This document shows positions 53,739 through 64,000 of a stretch of 64,000 nt of DNA, piece after piece. The notes beneath the pieces are model-generated. The model was not told the DNA's origin. It did no database searches and saw only the letters and a program-made list of their open reading frames with translations. A program made the translations under genes and the position numbers. The stretch is from the NCBI GenBank assembly GCA_050575255.1, contig JBNZDD010013726.1, positions 7,030,236 to 7,094,235 on the forward strand. The letters are read 5' to 3'. Each line of letters begins with the position of its first letter. Within the stretch, counting starts at the first letter, position 1. The DNA is from Harriotta raleighana. Taxonomy: Eukaryota.

Positions 53739-54846
53739 AAGTATAGTATATGGACGCACAGCCCTGTGTTCTAAATGTAATCTGTATGGATTAAAAATTA
53801 TAGCAGGTTATTAAATCAATGATAATACACTAATCATCACAATGACTAAAAGTGCAGTCAATAGGAATCACTTGCATCAGAGGTGAATCCTCCTCTTTCC
53901 CCAGAGCCAGTAATATCTACTCACTGCTTTTGGTTGTGTGATCATTTTCACTAGTGATATCAAATGCTACAATTTCACAAAACAAATAGACAGCGATTTC
54001 AGCACCTAATACAATCTCGAGAGAAAAGAGGAAGAAAGTCTTTGGCTCGATCCACTCACACAGCAATGTCCTGAACTTCACAGTTTGATACTGAACTGCT
54101 GCTACAACAAACCCATCAGGCATTTAGCATAAATTAATCAGGCACATTGATAGCGGAAATCAGAAACTACTGGTTGCTCTCAGACACTGACATTTTTGAG
54201 GGCACTAGTTCAAATTGAAGAAATAAAAAATGTCAGTGGTTTGTTCAGTTGCATCCTACATGCATACCACGAGACTGGATTTCATGAAGGGAGATTGTTT
54301 CTGACTCAGCTGCACAAAAGCACAGATGGTTCCGAGATTTGAAATGTTTGCCTATCACTGAAACTATCTCCTTTCACTAATAAAATTTGGTAAGCTGCCC
54401 GTATAACATACACATACTACATACAGTATTTCTAAACTGTTTTATCAAGTTTATGTTATAATTGGAAAACATAATTATATATATATATTTTAAATCTCTA
54501 TGTTTTGAAGGTTTCTGTCTCAGCCCTGTCTGCTTTGATGTGTGACAGAACACAGTGATTCATTGGTACTGAGGCTTCTGCCAGCAAACCAATGCCAGCT
54601 GTTAGAAGGTGTAGAAGAACAGTGTGGAACAACGTCCTCCAAAGCATGGAGAGCACTTAGCCCAACATGGTCTGGCTAAAACATGAAATTCATTGTGTAA
54701 TGATTCCGCTGAAGGTAGGGAAGGATGAATCAATGGAAAGAATGTAGAGTAGATTTAATAGGATGTTACACGAGATGAGATGATACAAATATCAAGTACA
54801 ATTGGACAGGTTAATAGATTTATTTTCTCTGGAGATGAGGCATTGT

Positions 54847-55200
54847 GGAGTCTTGTAGCTCAGTGGTTAGAACACCCACCTCGCAAGCGAGAGAGCTGGG
54901 TTCAATTGCCGACAGAGTGAAATGATTTGAGAGTTTCCTTACTCCACACGCATCTGTTTACCTTGCAGTAAGTAGGAACCCGGTTGTTTTTACAGGGATA
55001 ATAATTCATTGCAAAAAAATAAGAAATTTGTCACTTCAAGCCATGATTGTTTCATGGGACACTGCTGTGTGCAACAGGCTGTCAAATTTCGCTCACAATA
55101 TACAGTCAATTCACTTTACAGTATATTCTATGAAGCACTTTGAGATGTCTAGAAGATGTAAAAAAAGCGGAATATCAAACACAAGGATTATTATTATTAT
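54847..55200 (+). mobile_element. Full-length tRNA-derived SINE, long variant
   Basis: Same head and tail as the other copies, plus extra ctgtttaccttgcagtaagtaggaacccggttg (~54951-54995). Confidence 0.9.
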
Positions 55201-55889
55201 TTGAGAGGTGACCTGATAAGAGGTGTTGGAAATCATGAAAGGTTTCAATAGAATGGACGTAAATAAACTGTTTCCATTTGTTGGACAGTCTCAAATAAGC
55301 CAACATAAATATAACAGTAGCCTCGGACACTTCTGTTGATGGGATGGCCTGTAGATAGTTTTTTTGCAAGAAAAAATCCTATTTTTAAAGTGATAGTTTA
55401 TAAATTTGGGACATGTATTATTACACTTTATGGACTTTATGGACAAAAAAAACCACAATAATAAAATTGGTCATTTCACTTGTGCACTTTATGGACAAAA
55501 TCTTTCCCTGCCTTGCCCTACCCCCACCCCAAAGGTATGCATACAGTATTTCTGTTGAATCATTTAATGGAAGTTCGCCATTTTCCAGTTGCATAGCAAC
55601 TGCATCAAAATTGTTTATTGTGTCCATCTGGACTTGCCTAAGGGGAAAAATGCTGACACCAGCAAAACATATCTTACAATGAAAGGAAGCATTTTGATTG
55701 AAACAATCGAGTAAAACACTTCCAGGTGGGAATCCTTTGCTTTGTGGCCAGAAAAATAATCAACAGATATATACTGTAAGGCAAGATAAGAAAGACTGCA
55801 TATTCACTAAGATTAAGCAAATGACATCTGAAATCTTTTAAATGAATAGTCTTTTCAGGCACCGTTTTGCTTCATCGGATCTATCGCTA

Positions 55890-56223
55890 TAATAATAATA
55901 ATAATAATCCTTGCATTTGATATAGCGCTTTTCACATCTTATCAACGTCCCAAAGTGCTTCACAGAATATACTGTAAAGTGAATTGACTGTATATTTGTG
56001 GGCGGAACGCGGCAGCCAATTGCGCACAGCAGCGTCCCACAAACAGTCATAGATTGAAATGACCAATTTTATTATTGTGGTTTTTTTGCAGGGATTATTA
56101 TTAGGCATGTGGAGTAAGGAATCTAGCCCAAGGTTTCACCCTGATCTGCCTGGATTCAAACACAGGTCTCATGCTTGTAAGGCATGTAAGGCGAGTGCTC
56201 TAACCACTGAGCCACAGGAGCTC
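55890..56223 (-). mobile_element. Young full-length tRNA-derived SINE, sister copy of 9311-9643
   Basis: Near-identical to the 9311 copy, including the shared tgtaaggcatgtaaggc duplication. Confidence 0.92.
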
Positions 56224-57924
56224 TATGTCATTTCCATACTATAGAAGAAAGTATATTATAAATAACACTGCGTACAAAGCTGGTCTTGACTTAAATGGGT
56301 AATACCCTCTGAGTGAACACCTTGTTTTGACCAGTATTTGTGTGTGTATCATCAGAAGAAAAACAAGGCATTGTCTGCTCTATTCCCAAAGCAAATACGT
56401 TTGCCAAACGTAGCTTTTCATGTTGATTGCCTCCCTTTAAGATACGCAAAATCATTCACTGTGCATTAAAGCTGAAGTTATGATCTAAAGCAGCACTGGA
56501 TATCAATCTGAATACTATCCACAGTCCTTTTAAAGTAGAACACAACAAAGCATGGAGAATGCAAAGCAATGTGAACTTCAAATCACTTCCTTTCCTAAAT
56601 ACATGCAGCTATAATCTTAACGACTGAGCCCAGTGTTTGACCACAATTACTTCTATGTTTCCAGGGGATCAGCATCACACAGAGGGAATCCAGTGAACAA
56701 CTAAATACTTCCACGAAGACAGGATGTGAAGTTGGCATCAGAACAGAATTCATATTGGGGAAAACACTGAGATCACAGAAGTGCAAAACAGAACCTTCTC
56801 AAAATATGAATTCATCCACTAAACTGGATGTTTTTGTTCCTTTTTAGTGATTTTTGAGTAACAATTATTGATTGATCAAATTCTATGGGTCTGTATCTGA
56901 CCAAGTTAATGAGTAAACGTTGATGACACTGTAAAATAAGTGCCCATAATGGCTTTGCATTTTGTCGTGAGTTAGGTAACTGGGCAGATTAGAGTTGAGT
57001 AATAATTTCAACTTGCATATTTATATGATGCCCCTCACATAGAGTAGCTTCCCAGAGCACTTAACAGTGGAGGAGCCGCAAGTAATTTGCATGATAACAT
57101 TTTGATGGATGTGATCTGATCTCTGTAGATTCGATTTGGGGGATTCAGGATAAGAGTAATATGGACAGTAAAAACACCACTAATAGGAAGTGACTAATGG
57201 GGTGGGGAATGGAGCATAAGGCGCTACATCAAATACAAGGATATAATACTATTCCGATTATTATTATTGATTACAGGGTTTCTAAATTGGAAACAGAATT
57301 ATCCAGAAGCAAGTGTCACTCAGGCATCTCACTCTCAAACAGGTGTTCCCATCTTTATTTCTGTATTTCCTCATTGCAAAGCCACTTGTGTGCACACTTC
57401 TGCTCTTGCAGTCAGAGTTTAAAAATACATTAGGCATGTATCTACCGGAGATCTATATCGGAGTCTTGGAGAGCCTTTCTATGCACCAGTTACTGGTAAA
57501 ATACTTCAGTTCTCTTTTTTCTTTCATCTATCTACACAAAAAAACACTCTAAACAGCCCTCCCCCCAATAAAAAAAAGGTCCATAACAAAATGTATTCTT
57601 TGCACTATATTTGATGTGTTTAGATGAGAAGAAAGATGGACAATGTTTATTCTTCTTGTCTGCCCTTTATTTGAGTAGACGTGGATCAGTTGGACCAGTT
57701 ATTCAAGTCTTAACATTATGTATGTTCTTGAACAGATGGGCATAAGAACGGATTCCACGCATAGAAGAAATAAACCACATGGATATGCCACTGTCAATAA
57801 ACTGTGACTTCCATCTCTCCATCTCACCTAATGAAGTCTGAGTGAAGTAGAAAGTCAGAATAAAGTGGGAATTAACATTACGCAGATTGACACCTTAACA
57901 TGTTAAAGTGTCAATCTGGCTTCA

Positions 57925-58330
57925 TTAGTAGCACTCTCACCTCTAAATCAAAAGGTTGTGGTTATGCCCCCACCCCACCAAACACACACACACACAGGGT
58001 CTTGATCTTATAATCTACATTGCCATTCAGTTCAGTCAGTTGAAGTGCTGCAGTGTGGAGGGGCCATCATTCGAATGAGATGTTAAACCAAGATCTTATC
58101 TGCCTGGTCAGGTGAGGGTGAAAAATCCTACAGTACTTTTCAAAGGGAGAAAGGGAATTCTCCTAGTTTCTTGGCCAAAATCTTCTGGATAATTGCTCTG
58201 TGTGTAAACACTGCTGTGTATAAATTGGTCGCTGTGTTTGCCTAGAAATACAGTTTGCTACACTTTACGGAAAATTCTGTGAAGCACTTTGAAATATTTT
58301 GACGTGATAAGACACCAAATGCAATAATAA
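57925..58330 (+). repeat. Old full-length Deu-domain SINE
   Basis: gtgctgcagtgtggagg...gaatgagatgttaaacc...ttcttggccaa...gctgtgtataaattgg...gtgaagcactttg. Confidence 0.7.
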
Positions 58331-58900
58331 TTATATTAGTTTCCAGATAATAAAAGTTTGAATAAAATAATCCAAACTGCGTTCAAGTCTACTCTATAAA
58401 AATGTTGGCAACAAAAATTTGAGCACTGTATCGCTCTTTGAAAATACCCCTGCTGAATTTTTAATCCAGTAAAATTGATTTTTCAGTCGCCAATAAAAGA
58501 ATATTACATAAAATTGCTTATGTAAGTCACTACCACAGCTGGTGCTGCTGTTCTTAATTAGTCACCATTTGTTCTTGTACCTAGTTGAATTTGTCAAAAT
58601 CATGTTTCTAGACTGCACATAGCTAGTAGTTTAACTTCACTGTGTTAAACATTGTGAGTACATATAAGAGATAAGAAACAGATGATCTTGTGGATATTGA
58701 TACTACATGTTCCACTCTTTATTACATTGATCTGGCTACAGCATTGGGGTTTATTGTCAAGTTTATAACACAAAAAACCCTTTGAATGTTTTGGAGTGGA
58801 ACATTAGATCACCTGTGAACACTTAAGCAACAAGTGAAGACAAAGACTATTAACTTGCCCACGTTTGACACATATGGACCTGTTCTTGAAACCATCTCCT

Positions 58901-59273
58901 CAAAATGATCTGTGCAACAGTGCTGTAGTATTATTCACTGCTAAATCAATCTTAACTTATTGCAGTATATGTGCAAATCAACTGTAGAACTTAACTACAG
59001 AAACAGCCAGGTTTAAAATTCTCTGTAGAAGGAAGTGAACAAAATAAGAATTAAGAAATTATTATTTTTAAAAATCTATAAATTTTNCGAAATGATCTGT
59101 GCAACAGTGCTGTAGTGTTATTCACTGCTAAATCAATCTTAACTTATTGCAGTATGTGTGCAAATCAACTATAGAACTTAACTACAGAAACAGCCAGGTT
59201 TAAAATTCTCTGTAGAAGGAAGTGAACAAAATAAGAATTAAGAAATTATTATTTTTAAAAATCTATAAATTTT
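58901..59273 (+). repeat. 186-bp duplication across N59087; probable assembly overlap
   Basis: 58901-59086 vs 59088-59273 with about four substitutions. Confidence 0.85.
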
Positions 59274-61573
59274 AGATGATGACAATACAGTATCTTAATG
59301 GGAATAGCTATAAACCAGGAGAATATAACAGTAGTTCCGTTAAAAAAAACTTAATTGGATACAGAGCCTTTCACGTCACCACAAACAAAATACCACACAA
59401 TTTTCAACAAAGTGTATGTATCTCTACAGAGACTATGTATTTGAAGCAGCTAATTTACATAATTATGTATTTTGTGTTTTGTAGCTGTACAAGGCAGCCT
59501 ATTTGCACACAACAATGTCCCACAAGCAGCGATGAAGTGAATTACAAACTGAAATCAGTGCCGCAGTGCCTGGAAAAAACAGTTTTATTTCATGTCTAAC
59601 AAGCGTTCTAAAACATAAACCAACATTGGTTACATAAGACAGATAAACAAGGTCAATCAACCGTTCACAGCCAAGTAAATGACTGAGTGACGTTGAAAAG
59701 CAAAATGGGACACAACCTAAATTATAAGCCCTAACCGGGTTGTTCACTTCTCAACATCACAAGTTGTTTTATCTTTTAGTTTATTGCCACTGAGAAAGGA
59801 ATTAAAATGGCAGTGACTTTATAAGACCCATTAGTGCAGCTTGGGAACACAGCAACCAAATCTGACACTTGCAACTGACAGATACCATATCTGGGTGAAA
59901 AAATAAACACAAATAGATTACACCAGGCCAGTACTGGCTTCTTATATGCAACAGCTCATTCGTATTAGAGCTTGCATTTATCTATATTGAGCCACAAATG
60001 TTCGTTCCCCTTCGAGACACCACTTTGCTTCTTTATCTTTAGTCAGTTATTGATCAATACCCACGGATATTCAGTGAACACAGTTTGTAAAGGAGGCTTT
60101 TGTGTGGTATTTTGTCTAAGATCTTGTTACTTAAGATCTCCTCTTTGATTTCACAAATCCCTCCCTTTGTCAATATAGGAAATGTGACTGTAGTTCATTT
60201 CTCAATCTTAACCCATTTGAGCCTATCTAGAACCTGTAGTTTGTTAATATCAAAAATCCTGGTAATCATATGAAGTTTTACATGGCAGATAGCAAGCTCT
60301 TAATGTCCTTCCAAGCTAAAAAAAACATGAGTAGTTATTCAATTTGTCCTCAATTATCTCCTTGTCCTCCTCCTCAAAAGCTTTATGAGTTTTTGTTTTG
60401 TCCCCAACTATCTTCTTATCGTTTGGCAAAACAAATCTCATATTTGTGGGAACAGAACTAAGTCTTGCTCAAATTACTCATGTCACTACATTGTTTCTTT
60501 CCAAAAAATGTATTGGAAAAGTCATAAATGTGCTCCTTTGACTGTAAAACTGTGAGTAAAGCTTACGTCAAAAAGCCCAAACCATCCCAAGATGTGTTTA
60601 CAGACAGAAGGATCTCTGTGGCAAGAGGAAGCAATAATGTAAAATCATTACAATCAGAAACAAAGCTACTTACTCAATTTATTTGATCCTGAGCTTTCCC
60701 CAAATCAGTGCCATTACTTAACGACTTAATGTTTTTCGGGTAACGCTCTGTTCATTCATGGAATGAGTAACAAAAAAGTGTGTTTATCATATACGATCCA
60801 AAATTTCAGGTAGAATATAAACGGTCTTGAATTTAATACAGACTTTGTAAGATGGCTCAATAAATCTGATGGCGCCAGATCAATGTGTAATAAAAGGACA
60901 CAAAAGTATAAAGAAATGATCAAAGACAAGACCCTGGCTCCCAGATATTAACAGACATAATGTATTACCTATTTTAAAATATCTCAGCAGACCAAGATTC
61001 ATTCCAGTTCTTGTACTCAAGAACTCCTGAACAGTAGCAAAAAAAAGATTTGGTTTGTAGTTAGAATGGTCTGTAGAGTGAAGCTTCTTCTTTTTCTCTA
61101 ATAATGTAAAAAGCGATCAACTTCAACAGTGTAATTGGTGGTTTCCAAAAAGTGTCAGGGTTTTTGAATCTGGCTAGAAAATACCAACAGCTTGAATTGT
61201 TCAAAAAGCAAAGAAAGAATCTTTCTATGTGAAATCTTAACTACGCGAAAATGAAAATGAGCTGCTTCAAGCTCTATAGTCCATACATCATCTACCAGAG
61301 GAACAACAAAACCATTGATTCCATAATCAGTGGTTATACAGACTTGCCAAATTACAAGGAAGATTGGTGATGATGATCTGTGTTTATTTGACCTGGGATT
61401 TGTTGAATGAGAAACCAAATTTTGATTGCATTTATAACTATCTATTTATAATTATGCAGCAGTGACAAACTGAATTTAGCTGATTGAACAGCATTGACAA
61501 TATTGTTTCTAGCCAGAAGCCATGTTCAGACTTTGTTAAATTCTTTGGTGACCAATGGAAAGAGTCAGTCCTT

Positions 61574-61638
61574 TTCAGCGCCTTGGGACGTCCTCTCGAC
61601 GTGAAAGGCGATCTATAAATGTAATTTTGTTGTTGTTA
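61574..61638 (+). repeat. Isolated L2-type 3' tail
   Basis: cagcgccttgggacgtcc...gtgaaaggcgatctataaatgtaatt(ttg)n. Similar short tails at 21615-21670, 42752-42818 and 51299-51360. Confidence 0.7.
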
Positions 61639-62914
61639 CACTTTTTGACATGAATAATTATAGGATATAAATAGCTATTGAAGGGATTTTTATACCAACA
61701 GATTTAATTGAATTACATTGAATTACATAATTCAAGTCAAAATTCACACATCACATTCCCAACAAGTCAAACTGTATTTGATTTAGATGAGTAATTTCTG
61801 TCCCACATGTTAGTTTTTTTTTAAAAATGTGCATGTTTTTAAAACTTTTACAATTATATTTTCATCCATTAAAATGTTCAAGTTTAGAAATATAGAATCA
61901 CTCAGGGAACATTAACCGCTCGTAAAACTCACCATTATTCTTCCAAATATCTACTTCTGAGTAAAAGATACTCATGAATTCCCACCAAACCGTTTACTGT
62001 GTGATAAGTTGTTTGATCCCTTGTGCCATGATTTTCACTGCTAAGCACAGATATTCTATTAGCAATATTCTGTACTTTTAAACCGAGAATATAAAACATC
62101 ACTGACAGACAAGGAAGAAACATGTGTCTCGGGACTCAATTGTAGAACTCTTTGAAAATACTGTACATAACACAACCTCCATTTTCCCATCTTCCTTCCT
62201 GCTCCCTCTCCTGCTCATTGAAGTCTATTTCAGCCACTCCCTATCCTCCATCTCTTTAGCAATATCCACCCAAGATGCCAATGCAGCATTAATTTGTGGA
62301 CAGCTTGGTTTGGGGAAAGGGTCAGGTAATCACATTAAGGAGAATCAAAAAGTCCCTGGCAAGCACAGTGAAATAATTGCTCCTCCGACAATATTTAAAC
62401 AAGTACAGTACAAACGATGCATTACAGAATACATTTTCTAGCTTGTCAGAGAGATATGAATTGAAGCATTTTCGGTGATCTTTTTGATCTCGACACGGAT
62501 ATTAATCTCCCAATAGAGGTTGAAATCTTGCTTAGAATAACACCAAACAAAACAGTTCCTTTCTCTACACACAGACACACAGGCGCCAGAAATATACCTA
62601 GTGTTCTTAAGAATTGCCTTACTTAAATATGTGATTTTCTACTTCAGAATGAGACCTTGACAGGTTGAATTCAATATTAAGCTCTTGGGGCATTCTCCTG
62701 AAACAAATTACACAGAATATTCCGGAATCTGCTTAATTAGCTACATTTCACTCTGCACACCTCTCCAGGGTACATGGCTGATATTCATATACCCTTTTCA
62801 TACTGTCATCTATAACATTTCAATTTTCTATTTCCTATTGAAAGCATAAACAAAAAATACCAGAAGCAATATCAATAAGGACCTGGAGATCACTTCACCA
62901 AAGACACAAATAAT

Positions 62915-63140
62915 AAATAAATAATAATTCTTGCATTTGCTATAGCTCGCTAATAATACATCAGAAGGTCATCTCAAAGCACCCCCACAGGATTTACTGT
63001 GAAACGGGAGTGACTACATGTTTGTAGATAAATGCAGTAGCAAAATTGTGCACAGCGATGGCCCACAAATAGCGATGAACAAAGTGACCAATTTTTTCTT
63101 TGGGGGATTTTTGACCAGCACACCGGGATATCAAAGAAAA
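62915..63140 (-). repeat. Degenerate SINE 3' part
   Basis: (aat)n ttcttgcatttg...tctcaaagc...aattgtgcacagc...cccacaaatagc. Confidence 0.65.
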
Positions 63141-64000
63141 AATTCCAATCCTACACTAAAGGAAATACATTCAACGGAAGAAAAAAATGAAACCCTGTGG
63201 CTTTTGAGTGCCCTTTTGTACAGTAAGAGCAATGGCATCACTAGATCTTTACCTTCTGAAGGCCACCCAGCCTTATGCGGACACATATAGCCTCTCTTAG
63301 CAGTTCCCACACAGAGTCTCATATGAGTTCCATGCCCTTGTGTGGCAGTCCCCATACAGTCTGCCTATCTGATCCAAAGTAACCTCTCTCATCAATGCCA
63401 CACAGACTTTTGCTCTAATTCCCACATGCTCACTGATTCTGCTCCCAGGCCATTTTTATAAACAAAATCTTCCCCTTCCCATAATTAATTAAGCAACCAA
63501 TTCTGAAACCGCCAGATCTTAAAATTGTCCAGTTTATGGAAAAGGCCCCAGCTGCTGAATCATACTCACTGACAGATCTGATGGTAATAGTTTAGGATAT
63601 TTATACAAAGTATTAAACTATTTAATCCATTAATGCTTTGACCAAATTCATAAAAATATCATTTGTAACACTTACTCCCATGGTTGTATCTTACAGAATT
63701 TGGGGACATCTTTTTATTTGGAGAAACTAATGCAAGGTTTTAATATAACGTTCCTTCCTAAAGTTATCACATTTTTCCGTACAACACACAGGAAAGTCAT
63801 TTGTTCCAGTAAATGTATTTCACAGTATGTAATTCTCAGGTCAGTAGAGATAATGAGATGTTTGGCTGGCGTAGTCAGAGCAGTGTTGGCAGATTGCAGT
63901 GTTGCAACTCTGGAAATCATGAGAAATTATGTCAAACCGCATATGAGCTGAATGGACCTGATCTGCATGCTTCAGATGTTCTGGAAGGATTATCAAAATG

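Overview
Eukaryotic (vertebrate) genomic DNA. The SINE/L2/CR1 repeat content suggests a cartilaginous fish, most likely a holocephalan (chimaera-like); this is inference. The whole window lies inside one minus-strand gene, PLCE1 (phospholipase C epsilon 1). I traced 18 GT-AG exons whose phases join into one open frame (3577 nt, 53547 down to 2548), encoding the CDC25/RasGEF domain, the PH/EF-hand region, the catalytic X box and the start of the X-Y linker. A further 48-nt symmetric exon (972-1019) is absent from the canonical human protein as I recall it. The 5' exons and the Y/C2/RA exons lie outside the window. Introns hold tRNA-derived Deu-type SINEs (young and old), L2 and CR1 3' fragments, TA-flanked Tc1/mariner-type MITEs and one hAT-type MITE with an 8-bp TSD. 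Four direct duplications, each split by a single N, look like assembly overlaps of two haplotypes; one includes a PLCE1 splice acceptor. I found no prokaryotic-type system, CRISPR array or true RNA gene. The best leads are candidate alternative exons (linker cassette, poison exon, internal first exon), two locally templated micro-insertions, and inverted SINE pairs around an exon. Family names and human comparisons are from memory; no searches were run.
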